From Nemertoderma westbladi (lineage: Eukaryota > Animalia > Xenacoelomorpha), in NCBI GenBank assembly GCA_032718475.1, contig JAUCBJ010005442.1:1-54986 (forward strand): a stretch of DNA of 54,986 nt, in the 5' to 3' direction. Made by a program: the position numbers and the translations under genes. Below, one piece after another: positions 21,866 to 34,700 of this stretch. Below the pieces are notes generated by a model, which worked only from the letters and a program-made list of their open reading frames with translations, searched no databases and was not told the origin of the DNA. Numbering within the stretch: the first letter of the stretch is position 1; every line of letters begins with the position of its first letter.

Positions 21866-24800
21866 AGTCTAAATAATATTTGCCTTCCGGCAAAAATATC
21901 TCGCAAAAGTTCGAGATATATATATAATTTAATCGAAATGCGATTAAATTATTGTCAAATATCCAATTGTCCAAAATGTCAAAATAAATTCGCAATGCAA
22001 TATTGTGAATTTAATAGGATCTAATTTTAGCAAATACCAGTACAATATTTAAACAAAATATTATTCTATAGTTATTATATAGTATTTAAATACCGGTATG
22101 ACACAAATAATTTTTTGAATCTAATACGAAATATTCAAAATAAACTTGCCACCCGAATATTTCTAATTTTACATAGATAACTCTAATCAACGCAATTTTA
22201 ATTTCAAATATTATATGTATCCACTAGCGCGTGGCTACATCTTCGGGTTGCGACTCTCTCTCTCTCTAACTCGAGCGATTCAAAAACCCATGGTCGGCTA
22301 AACCTACCCATCCTAACTAATAAATTGAGTTCAGCTTCGCAGTCAAACAACCGATAATTTTTTACTGCTTCCACAAACACAATGGTGCCAACAGAACAAC
22401 TAACCTTGTTTGCTGTGAGATTCCACGTCCGCGTCCAAAGTTTCAGTCCTTTCGCTGATTGCAAACCGAACCCGCAGACCCACACAAACCCCAAACTCAG
22501 AAGCTCCGTCTTGCCATGTATCTCCAGATGGTATAAAATAACTAAGCGGTTATCCAACATACCGGTACAAAACTCTAGATTTTATTACAAAATAATTTTG
22601 ACCAAAACTAAATTCTCACAAACCTAGCTAAAATTTTCAAAAAACTTACTAATTATGGCCTGCCCTAACGGCCTAAGGAACCGCTGTATTTACGATTAGT
22701 AAACGCACTACCATATATCCACTGTACGCAATACAGTAAGTAAAACAGTACACCAACCTAACAGCCTAATGAATACTTTGTGCGGTACAGCAAAACAAAT
22801 GTCTTTTCTACTTGTACGCAGTAACAGCAATCAGCCTAATGTACTACTGTACTATTGTACGCGACCAGTGAATACAGTAATCTAAACTAACAGCCTAATG
22901 AATATACTCGATGTTCTACCGTACGCAGTACAGTGCCTAATACAGTAATCTAATTCGTATTTACTGTACGCAGTACAGCAAACAAAGCGTCCTTTACTGT
23001 TACGAAGTAACAGTAAATAATACAGTAATCTAATGCTTAATACACTCTTTACTGCTGCAAGCAATATCACGTCCTTTACTGTTAAACGAACTACCCCAGC
23101 CTAACCAATAAAGACACAAAACTGCTCTATTTACTAGACGGGGCAATCAGGAGCGTATAATTACTAATGTATGGTTTCAGGTACGGAAAACCACTACTTA
23201 CCGTTGGATGGCGCTAATCTGCCGTCCGCTAATATATTTTACTAAATTTCTACGACTCCTTCTAAATTCTCGTTCCTTTCTCTACCAATTACTCGATAGA
23301 GAGCTAACTGTTCGAATATATGAGCCACGCGGGAATAACCAAACAATAAACCCGAATCCGCTCCCTAAGCTGACTTAAAACGAGTGTGAGAGATTTTACA
23401 CTCAGAGTGTATTCTATAGCCTAATATTACTGTAAATTTGCGCTTACAACTACGTCCTTTCTAATCGCATCTAATCGCAATAATGGGGTTCCCTAACGGA
23501 ATGTGTGAATGTGAGAATATTTAAATAATCGAAATCGGTACGGTAATTATTTCGGGACTCAAACTTATCTGCGGCTGGCTTTAGGCCAGCAATTTACTGA
23601 TGCGCGTTGCGTACTGTATACTACGATGTGAATTTTGTCCGCTAATTCAAATAACCGCCCAGCGTGAATAGTGTACGGTACTCTAAATTTATTACCTAAC
23701 TACCCTCCGCTATGCAGCGTACAAATTCTTAATTTTACTAATTAATTACAGTCACAAATATGTAACGGCGTACTAATTACTAAGTATTCCAGAGTGCGTA
23801 ATTCTAAATTATTACGCAATGGGTCACACTAGCAACAGCCTAAAATACCATATTATTTTCGACCTAATCAGAAATTAATTATAGTAAGCTAAGAAATAGA
23901 AATCAATCAAAGGGAAAGAGTGCCTATCCAAGCATTCGTGATTCATTAGGCACACTTTAGTAACACACCAATCAGCATAACAACAATCGCAATCTACAGT
24001 TTAGCTAGCAATTCACAACTCGCAATTCGCAACGTAAAGGACGCAGATCTCTCCCGGCTACGTCTAGGCTTCCTAACTAACCCAATTCCTATCCCCCTAA
24101 TACTACAAAATAGAGACAAAACCTGGATCATCTGCACCTAATTGCCGAACCGGCGTACCTGACCCACTCTACGCTGCAAACTTGCGCGCAATAGTAATCC
24201 CCCCAATGCTGCTTGTCTTTGAATCCTCTGCACTCCCGTCGTCGCTAACCCCCCGATGCGACCGCCGTGCTTACCGGTACCCTAGCCCTCCATCAGAATG
24301 AGTAGCTACCGTAGCGGCACATGCAAATCACAAAAGTCTGACAGTCTGAGAAATCCCGTAGGATTATTGTCGAAAGGAATCACATAGAACCATTTACTAA
24401 GGGGTAGAAATCATAGTTCCAATTTGTAATTAACAGCGATCATTGAGATTAATTGAGAAACACAAACAAGAATCAAACAGAAATTGCAAATTAACGAATC
24501 ATTGCAAGAAATCAAAAAGGGGCAGTAATTTACGCAGAAAAACTAAGCATCGAATAATAGTTGAAGGTGAGCTGTGGGGTGTGGAATTGAGAATTGAGAT
24601 TGAGATTGAGATAGGTAACAATGGAAGTAGGCCAATTTATAGGTGATTTGAGAAGGGTGATGCAATCGATCTCTCATTGGCTCCCCAATCCGAGCTAACA
24701 TTAGACCAACCTGGAAGCAGTTAGGCCAATAAGAGAACCGGATTGTGGGCCTATAGCTCCCTGAAATCGTAAATTGCCACCATATAAGGTAATTTTCCCG

Positions 24801-25100
24801 ATGCTTACTTTGGCGGTACTAATAATATCATGCACAAATATAAATTTAGCGCAATTATAGAGAAATTAAAACCAATAGCTAGCCTCATCAAGGCTAATAA
24901 CGGCAAGCCCAGATCCAGGGTCCAACAAGGACTTGCTACCCTGGAACTATCTACTTATATCCTATTACAAAACTACATAGGTAGGGCTACATACTATACA
25001 AAATGGATGAGTCAAAATATATGGGCGTTTCAATTTCCTTATCTAAATATCATTGCGCATTATGTCTTATCTAAATAATTATACTGCATCACGGACTAAT
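21866..25100 (-). mobile_element. Probable 5' UTR and 5' LTR of element C (limits uncertain)
   Basis: Non-coding region upstream of gag with minus-strand TATAAAT (~24635-24641) and CCAAT (~24676), spaced from gag roughly as in element A; the partner LTR is outside the window. Confidence 0.5.
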
Positions 25101-25182
25101 ATATGATACTATATAATGGACTAATATATTATACTGTATAATGGACTAACATATTATACTGTATAACGGACTAATGTATTAC
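25078..25182. repeat. ~26-bp tandem repeat (ATACTGTATAATGGACTAATATATT), about 4 copies
   Basis: Directly visible. Confidence 0.75.
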
Positions 25183-26399
25183 ATAATGTAGGTACAGCGC
25201 CATATACTGTAACAGTAGTTGTTCGCGCTTTTAGACCTTTAGCAGTTTAACCTGCCAAATTTAGGTGTCTTCTAGGTTATAAATCGACTTTAGCCTATCA
25301 CAAGTATTTGATACACATAAAGCTACATTAGCCGAAGCCAGCCTATGCGCGACCATTCACCCACGGTTAAGGGAGACTGGATTCGGATGCTCTGACCTTA
25401 TTGCGGTGTAGACCTACTGTATTATTCGACTGATCGTTAATATATAATCTCTGACAAATATTATTCACTTTCGGGAAATATTAACAGTTCCTTTAGGAAG
25501 TGGCGCTCTAAGTATGTAAACAGAGTTATGACTTACACTAAACACAACGGGATGGCTAATGATTCACGTATAAAGCGCATTCTTTAGGAAATGCTTTGTT
25601 ATCTATCACACTCATGCACAATACCGCACACTGCTGCACACTGATCTGCCGACCTTCACTAATTTTAATCATATATAAGGAGAACAGCAACTGACACATG
25701 TAGGGTCTATGAAATAGCATTAGATTCACTCCAAAACCACTATAATGTAAGTCGCAATTGCTATATGTAACCGGTCTCTCTAACCTTCAGTATATCAAGA
25801 AGATTGGGGTTTTCTGATTATTTATCGTTATTCTCCAAATATAACAATATTCCATCAACTGATACAATTAATAACCGACAGTAAATAGCAGTAAAATAAT
25901 GCGGTGTTTGTGACAATATGAGTATGTACTGGTTTGATAACAGTTATACGTTTCTATGATCAAAGCCGTTCTAATGTTTGGCTAAAGTCTGAAACACAGA
26001 ATAATTCCACAGCCGATGTTCTGGCATCAGGAAAAAAGGTAAACAAAGACCATAGTGCATTGCGCGATTTCCCGGAGGCTTCTGTGCTAATAAAATGAAA
26101 ATCGCTCTGATTGGTCGAGCCGAACAAAGAACAAAGAAAAGCTCTACGTGGACATATCAGCTGATAGATGTCGTCATTTGAACTACACTGTATCAAGAGT
26201 ATTTTGGCGTATTGCGACATAAAATCGCTAGTTATGTCCGCTAAAGTACACATACAGAAAAATGACTTTTTATGTCCACTAAAACACCTACACAGTAAAA
26301 AACGGCTTTTTATGTCCGCTAAAACACCTACACAGTACTTTGCGGGGAAAATGACTAACTAGATCCGCAAAAGCCTTTACAGTAGTACATAATTCACTA

Positions 26400-27139
26400 T
26401 AGTTTTTGTACAAAATGTGTGGAATGGGTCAACTCAATATCAAGAAGCAATTGGTGGACATAGTCTTGACATTTTGTAAAATAACTCAAGAACTAATGAC
26501 TCTACTCTTATTTTGAAGGTGTCTTCACCCACTATATCGATCATTTCTGTGATGTGTCTATTTTTTGATTCCTTGAGATAATTCAAAATATCATTTATTG
26601 TGTATTTGTCCATATCACATCAAGGCGGTAATGTAGACTTGTGCCGTACTTCACATTTTCTGCGATATCTCAAGAACTATTCGCTCTACGTTTGTTTTGA
26701 AGGTGTCTACCCCCACTAAATCGGCCATTGCGGTTCTAATGAGCATAATATGAATGCAGTAGGAGAACTCAAAGTTGGCCATCGCGAAAATTGAGAATAA
26801 TCATCACTTGCGCCAAATGGTAGGTTCTGGCCATGTGCCTGTGGCACTAGTTCCCTTGACCCAAAAGTTAAAATTTTGGTATCTAACTAAGTTTGGACCC
26901 ATTTGATGACATTTGATTCATGCAGGAAGTTCTTTTTTGAGTCATTGATCTTTCATCAATGTGTTATATTGTTATAAATTTCATTATGGTGCATCGCGAT
27001 GGCACAAAATTTCAACCCTCTTGGGATCCGTGAAGATATAGATGAAATTTAAGGAAATATTTTTTGCCTTATTTTTTTACCATTTGGCAACTTTTGTGCA
27101 CCGGTAGAACAATGAAATCGAAAAAAAGTAAAAAACGCA
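26400..27139. repeat. Unclassified interspersed-repeat fragment
   Basis: Internal duplication (CTCAAGAACTA...TTTTGAAGGTGTC...CCCACTA at ~26485-26545 and ~26668-26730), with an inverted copy of the same motif at ~49303-49335. Confidence 0.4.
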
Positions 27140-27524
27140 CCGCCCTAAAATACAATCTATGATACATACGAAATACAAATTTACCAATTAATTTTAGTGC
27201 ATAAAATACAAAAAAAGAGGGCTTTCGGTTATTAAAATAAGCAAATTAAACAAATTAGAACAAATCAAAACAAATCATTTCAAACCTTCAATAATCTTTC
27301 ATATATTACAAATATACATAATAAAATTTCCAAATTAAATCAGTCCAAATATAAACAAACATAAGGCGCTAATAATTTCCAAATAAGTCTTAAAGTGTTC
27401 TCCTGACGATCTTAAAAGTTCGTCCTGCTGGTCTGGATATCTTCTCCTGAGCACTGATTGCTAACAGTAGGCTCGCAAGCCTTCCTTTCCATATCTCGCT
27501 CCTCCAAAACCAATATAAAATATC

Positions 27525-27644
27525 AAATATAAATACCCAAATATAATATCCAAATATAATATCCAAATACAATATCCAAATATAATATCCAAATATAACA
27601 TCCAAATATAGAATCCAAATATACCATCCAAATATAATATCCAA
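27525..27644. repeat. 13-bp tandem repeat (CCAAATATAATAT) in the 3' UTR of element B
   Basis: About 9 units, flanked on both sides by the 20-nt palindrome. Confidence 0.85.
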
Positions 27645-27687
27645 TCGGTAGGCTCGCAAGCCTTCCTTCCTTCATCTCGCTCTCATA

Positions 27688-28975
27688 ATCCTTGGTCGAA
27701 CGGGCTCGTCCACGCCCTCTAATGCGATTGGGTGGTGGTCGGGATCGAACTGGACTCGGACTTCGGTGTCGAGCTGTCGGTGGTTCCAAAACGCTAGGAA
27801 AGGGGACGATGGGAGTTTCACACATCCGTCGTGCGCTCAGTCCTCTAAATCCTCATCCGATTCCAACCGTTGGCTTCAAAGCATCGGATCGAGTCTCTAC
27901 AACGCTAGGAGGAAGTCTAAAGGGTGGGACCGTTCCGTCCGCTGACACCTCGCTCTCTGACGTCATCTGAATTCTAATGGGTTTCGGCAAAGCATATCCT
28001 GTCCCTCCGTATGGTTCTCTACCGATGGGGCTGAGGTTCTCGCATCATCTCGACATGAGGTATCTGTAGTCTCTGCGACAAATGCTGAGCAAAGGTGATA
28101 GTATCGAAGAGCTCGGATGTAATCTCCTTAGGTTCGGTTTGATCGTGGGTTATCCAGTAAATTGGTAGGCTCGCGAGCCTTCCGCCGAACTCCTCGATCT
28201 CGCCTTTCTTGTACGCCCTGTAGAGGCTCAAAGCTTCCCGTTTCTCTTGTGTCGACTTATTAGACTCGTCCACTACCATACTGTAGACGTCTGGTTCGAC
28301 TAATTTGGGTTCGTAAATAACGATCTCACCCGCGTTCGGTCCACTCATCTTAAACGAATGGAACGGATTCGTCAAAGGGTATCCACCTTCTTGGTAACGC
28401 AGACTTTGGTGGCATGAACATCGTGCTAATATCGGCTCGGGGTTCTCCGAGTTCAATCGCATAGGAATCGCGTTGTCTTGCTCGCGCATACATGCTCCAC
28501 ATTTGTAAAACAGTTTATAAATGGAGAACGCATCCTTTGTCTCTGGATCCGCTCCTCGAGCGCGTCTATAAAGATGCATTCCGTCAAATTCGTCCCTGGC
28601 TGCAGGCAAATGTTAGCTCGCGGTCAAATATTGCAGAGTATGATATAATCGGCGTATCTCCGTGTCTGGATCCTCGCAAATGTCACTGGCGTCGCATAAC
28701 GCATCGTAGGGGTATAACGCATTGAATTCCGCGCGTAACTCCTCCGCTCTTTTGTTACAAGCGTCCAATCTCTGTCGCGTAACATTCGGGTCCGCCTTGG
28801 ATTTAGCGAGCTTGGCTGTACTCCTAGCCATACTCCCCACTCCAAACACGTTAAAGTTTTTGGCTCCATAATGATTAAACGGTGCCTGGGGCTCCTGTTC
28901 CTGCGTAAACCCCTGATGTAACTCCTTATAAATCTTCTCCGCCATTATATACGCATATATATGGTTACATATCAT
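27688..28975 (-). pseudogene. ORF3 of element B (in-frame stops near 28613, 28019 and 27855)
   Basis: APFNHYGAKNFNVFGV...STAKLAKSK matches A's APFERFGAKDYTIFGI...STAKLAKTK; REPYGGTG, GIG*GF...RRMCE and RGRGRARSTK match A's C-terminus. Confidence 0.8.
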
Positions 28976-29028
28976 TACGTTTCTACTAGATGAAGCACAA
29001 AATAGAGGTTAGATGTGAGGAGACTTAA

Positions 29029-29520
29029 CCCTATCCATACCGGGGTATTTTAGACGCTCAAACTACCGGGGGGGGGGGGACTTTTGGGGACGTAAAGTTT
29101 GGAACCATATAACTTTGTGTGGTTTGATGATATTACTTTAAAGTAAAAAGTTTTAGATACAAAATTTATTCCTCTATCCAAATATGCCACACACTAATGC
29201 TCAAATATAATATTTATATACTATAATTATGTTTAAATTGATTTTAAATTGATATTAAATTGATTGAATTTTAAATTTCCCTCCTACAATAGTTCAGCAA
29301 TAATATGACAGTTTCAGAGACAGGTCAGTTTACGAGTCATTTTCATGGTCATAAATAATAATATGAAAATAAATTTTTGTTTTAAGATAAAGAATAATAA
29401 ATTTTAGGAAAAGTAACGGAATTTCACTTGCAATAAATGTGGTTTGGCTTTGAACCAAGCAATCAAATAAAGTGCGTCTCCAAAAGACCCCCCCCCCCCC
29501 CCCCCCCGGTATGGATAGGG
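29029..29520. mobile_element. Non-autonomous piggyBac-like MITE (492 bp)
   Basis: TTAA at 29025-29028 and 29521-29524; 17-bp TIR CCCTATCCATACCGGGG; additional sub-terminal inverted repeat; the flanks join to match element A at ~13462-13490. Confidence 0.9.
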
Positions 29521-29973
29521 TTAAGAGTTTGTCGGCTTTTGGCTCAACTTTGCTCTAAAACCCCTACCCATTTGCCTAATGACTTTGGGTTCCCGTGATT
29601 TCGCACTGGCTCCTAATCCAAAAAAAATGTGACGATAAAAAACGAATTCCGGGTAAACTAGCCGCCAGTCTAGAATACTCACCTTTTAATTTCCCAAACT
29701 ACTATCCCAAAGAAAATAGTGCAGTCGAGATTTAATTCGGTCTAAATAATAGTAGACACGACTAAGTAGAACAAGGCCGATTTTCTTTTCCAAAAAAAAT
29801 TTATTGGTAGGCTCGCAAGCCTTCCATCCGCTCTTGTCCTCCCCAATTTTAATTTTTTATCTAGCTGCATTCTAGAATTCGCATTCACTGGAGAATCATT
29901 TTTCTTAAATTTAAATCCAACTAAATGGATTTGTCTAATAATTTTTGAAAAATTGTCTCACTTGTGGGTTCCA

Positions 29974-31624
29974 CTACTAGTACTACTACTACTACTACTA
30001 CTACTAGGATCGGCATGCTGCATTGCAGCTGCATTTTTAAGAATGCTGTGCCGGCTTGTCAACAAAATTGCACCGCCACAACTCCCTATCACCCATGACA
30101 TTTGCTAGATCATCCGCATCTTTAAGGCCAGTGTCCTTTAAGATGCGTCTCAAGAAAGTCATGGGCTGTCCACCATGCTTATTCACTCCATGAGGCTGCC
30201 AAAGTACAAGATAATGCACTGGTTGGTCCTCAAGGCGAAAGCAATGTCCTGCAAAGCGGAGGCGATTTTGTTCTAGTGTCAAGCTTGGGGGAACCAATGA
30301 GACACCTCCAATTGTATATAGTGTCTGGTTGGAGATGTGTGCATTGTACTTGACACAATGTACCCGGCGTAGCATTCTTGTGAATGTGCCATCCAGAGAT
30401 TTGGTGTCCTCAGCAGTTAGAGCCCAGCATGGACTCCCGTAGAGGAGTACTGGAACTACTGCTGCTCTAAATAATCGGACCTTAAGTTTCCGATTAATTC
30501 TAGGTGACTTCCAAATCGGTGAAAGCCTATTCAAGGCTGCCCATGCCTTTCCCTTACGTATTCGAAGGTCCTCACCTGACTTCCGGATCCATGATCCCAG
30601 GTAACAGAAGTCGTCCACATGCTCAAGCATACCATCCTTTGAGCTTATGCTCATCCGATCAGAGACTTGCTGAGGACTTTCAAAGTTAACTGTCAGAATT
30701 TTGGTCTTTCTGGAGTTAATAAAAAGACCAACACTAGAAGCAGCATGTTCTAATGAGCTGAGGAGCCGCTGGGCTCCCTCTAATGATTCTGAGAGTACTC
30801 CTAAGTCATCAGCAAAGTCTAGATCAGTTAGGTACTTGGCAGGATTTCCTCGACTTCTGGAGCCAGTAGGTGGAGTTATCATCACCCCATCATCATTATG
30901 ATGATCTAAGGACATGCGTAGAACATAGTCAACCACAATAATGAACAAGAATGGTGCAAGTGTGTCTCCTTGGAGGACGCCCCATAACACTTCAAATGGT
31001 TCTGTGTCACCGTCAACAGTAGACACAAATGTTGTCGAACCATCGTATACTGATCTGATTGCTGCAATAATTTCATCAGGAATCCCATATAATGAAAGTA
31101 TGCTGAATATACGTGAGCGAGAGACTGAATCAAAGGCCTTGAAGAAGTCAACAAAGATAACAGCCAGATGCCTGTCTTTCTTTTTTGATAACTCTTCAAT
31201 TATCCTTCTAAGTGCCAAAATGGGCTCCATGGTCCCACGACCTTTACGGAACCCATTCTGATTTCCACGTAGCAGTCTCTCAATGGGATCCCTGATTTAA
31301 TAGAATTCTATTGTATAGTTTTGCAGCAATCGAGATCAATGAGATTCCCCGAAAAGAACCATAGAGTGTTAGGTTGCCCTTCTTGGGAACTGGCACCAAC
31401 TTATTTGTTTTCATTTCTTGTGGGACTCTTGTTGTACGGTACATGTCTACTATGATGGGATAGATGAGCTTTAAACACTCAGGTATTTTAAAGACCTCAG
31501 GGGGAACACCATCTACTCCACTGGCACGATTGGTCTTAATGCTCTTTGCAGCAGCCTTCACTTCTGCAAAGGAGATATCGCCAATGGGAATATCTGGGAG
31601 TACAGACTCAGACACTTTTACTTC
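29974..31624 (-). mobile_element. 5'-truncated RTE-like LINE with (TAG)n tail
   Basis: TSD TGTGGGTTCCA at 29963-29973 and 31625-31635; (TAG)n tail at ~29974-30007; RT domain. Confidence 0.9.
30037..31624 (-). pseudogene. LINE reverse transcriptase (frameshift near 31295)
   Basis: FRGISLIS, QNGFR, FVDFFKAFDSV, GVLQGDTLAPFLF, DLDFADD, FCYLGS, RLRFAGHCFR. Confidence 0.9.
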
Positions 31625-31798
31625 TGTGGGTTCCAAGTGGAATTCCATTCCTACTGTACGCACAATCCCGCTCCTATGTGATACATAAGGGTACTACCCT
31701 CCATGTTCACATATAAAGACAATGGAATTCCACCACTGTCTCTATCTACAGTGAAGAGGAATACAAATGCACATACAGTAATACAAAATACTAAATTA

Positions 31799-34700
31799 CT
31801 AAAATACGGTAAGTCTATACTTAAAGTCAAGTGCAAAGTCAATGTTCTGGAGTCTGGACTTGTGACAAAGTAAGCCCCTATAAATAATCGGACTCCAACT
31901 CAAAATCGGTGAAGACTTGATCTGTTTACCCTGATTGATCGCTGTGAACTCTCGTGCAAAATATCGCAATTGATAATGTCTTATAACATCAACTTCACAA
32001 AGACCAACTTCATCTAAGGTAAGTCTTCTAGGAAAGTCGCGTTTGCCTCTGGCATATTGTCTCAAACGTTTGAGCCATGCTAACTTGCGGCACGCGTCAG
32101 TCCATAATCTAGTTAGGTTTACTATCCTGTCAACATAAGTGTTAGTGACGTCATCAGGTGAGGTATAGTCGTAATGTGGATACTTGTTTGGATTTGGTAG
32201 GCCCATGGGCCTTCCGGTAGGTGTCTCCCTTTGTACAATAGGTTTGTCTGAGTCCTCAATTATGTCAATCTCCAAGGTCTTACCTCTACCGTCCGCACCT
32301 AGTGAATTGACTGGCAGTAACGGTTTCAACTCTACAGTGCTGGTGTGTTCCTGTGAGCTTGTAAGCTTCCTAACCTTAGTCACACGTTTACCTGTTGGTG
32401 GTAAGTCAAGTATTTTCCTTGAGCGGAGTGTGATCGCTGTGGCCACACCTCCGTCGTCCAAAGAAGTCAAATTCGGTAAGTTGTTAATACCTAATGGGTG
32501 TGTACTAGTCCGCTCCAATGAATACATTGCGTCCTTACAGTACACGTCGTTTCTTTCCAATTGTTTGTCTAATGGAAAGTCTAGTAGACAGTCTGGTGAG
32601 GCGTCCGGTGAACAGTCTGGTGAGACGTCTAGTGAGACATAGCGTGGAACTTCCGGCGAAATGTCCTGTCGTCAGTCCCAAAGAAAGTCTGGCGTAGCTT
32701 CTGTCAGAAAGTTTGGTCTAAAGTCTGGTGGACAGTCTGTCGAGATGTCTGGTGGAAAGTCTGGTGAAACGTCCGGTAGACAATCTGTCGAGAGTTCCAT
32801 AAAATAATCTGGTGTCGCTTCTGGTGAATAATCTGGCGAGTTATCTGGTGAACAATCGGGCGAAACGTCTGGTGAAATGTCTGGTCGAAAGTCTGTTGAG
32901 ACCTCTGGCGTAATGTCAGGTCTAGCGTCCAGGTCATCAGATTTCGTCCATCCTTGTTTCCTCTTGACCTTGGCGTTGGCTTTCGCTTTAGATTTGACAA
33001 CTGTGTCGATATTTATCTCAGCACCCTCTGGTATGGTATTATTCGTCGCGTCGAATAACGGTGGCCATTCGTCTGATGCTCATTGTAGGAAATCGGGTCC
33101 TCTAAACCAAAAGGATTTATTGTCCGGTTTACAAAAGTCAAGCGGTAGCATCCCCCGTGACGCGATGTCAGCTGGGTTCAGCTTCCCGGACAGTGACGCC
33201 AAGTCACTGTCGACCGGAGTTTGAGCGACCGGTCCAATATTTCAGCCCGTCTGTTGGCTACGAAAGTCTTGAACTTGAACGTTTCGTTGTTTATGAACCA
33301 AAGTACCAACGTCGCATCCGTCCAATACGTGACCTTCAAGTTAGCCTCCAGCTCGCATTGAACTAAACTGACAATATCGGTGGATATCGTCCCGCTTGCA
33401 GCTCTTCACGAGGTACAGTCATATACTTCAACGACACTTACTAGCGTCACTGAACTGTGAAGCTCTAAATCGGCAGGAAAGGTGGTCTGCAAAGGAAAGT
33501 ATACCCTCGGTATGGTATAGTCTTGTAGGAACGTCAGTTGGGCTTCCCAGTCCCTCCATTGCTCAGCTAACTTTTCTGGGATGGGATCGTGCCATTCCAG
33601 TCCGGCTTGCCAAATGCTGCGGAGTATGATCCTAGCATGTAGGATCACTGGACTAATGAAACACAATGGGTCATACAATCGACTCATGGTCGATAAGCAA
33701 GTCCTCTTAGTGAGAGGTCTAATCTGTCCGTCGGACCTTACACATACCCTAAAATTGTCGGTGTTTGGGTCCCAACTAAGTCATAATACCTTGGTCGTAG
33801 GTAGAGGTTATAGGTCTAAGTCTAAATAACCTCCACTGCGATCAGTCGGGTCGAATGAGTTCACTAATTCGGGTTCGTTGGAAGCGAACTTTGTAAGGCG
33901 GAACCCGCCCTCAGTGAGACAATCTTGGAGTTGGTGTGCTACGGTCGTAGCGCGCTCCAGAGTCTCACATCTCTTGAGGCCGTCATCTACGTAGAAATCT
34001 CGTTCCACTGTCCCAACTACTTCTGGGTCAAATTGGTCTTGTCTGTCTAGTGCTGTCTGCTTTAAGGCGTACATGGTGCAGTTGGGGCTGTCCCTGGCTC
34101 CGAAAACTCTTACCTGCATCTGGTAAGTTTCTGGCGGAAGTTCTAAATTTCCGTCCGGATACCAAAGAAACCTCAAACTGTCCCTGTCCCGCTCCAAAGC
34201 CTTAACCTGGTGAAACATGGCCTCTACGTCACAGGTGAAAGCCACTTTGCGTTGTCTAAAACGCATTAGGACTCCCATGAGGTAATTATTCATATTCGGC
34301 CTGTCCTTCCGTTCGCTGTTCATAGACATCCCTTGGTAAAGCGCAGCGCAGTCATTGACTACATGCACCTTGCCAGGTTTGTCCGGGTGTCGAACAAAAT
34401 GATGTGGCAGGTAATATGTCTGATCTGTGGTTACCTCGGGATTTAACATCCCAATGGCGTATCCCTTTTGGAGATACGTCTGAAGTTGCGCATTGTATTG
34501 CATATGGGCCGTCTCAGCACGCAACAATCGCTGCCTTATTGATTTGAGTCGCCTCAAAGCAAGCGGGTAGTTATTAACGAGCTTAGGTTGTCCATTGCGC
34601 CGCAACATGCCTGCTTCGTAGTGGAGATTCGCGGTCTGACAAATGGTATCTCCCATAATATTTAATGACCGTTTTTCCTGTTCTGACATAGCGGTCTCGT

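Noticed and set aside
24915-24945. Twister or HDV ribozyme
   Set aside because: GGGT-AGC-AAG-TCC resembles the twister loop, but the other conserved core segments were not found.
25250-26400. Host gene or a defined transposon
   Set aside because: Only short ORFs without motifs and a small triplicated ATGTCCGCTAAA unit; no termini identified.
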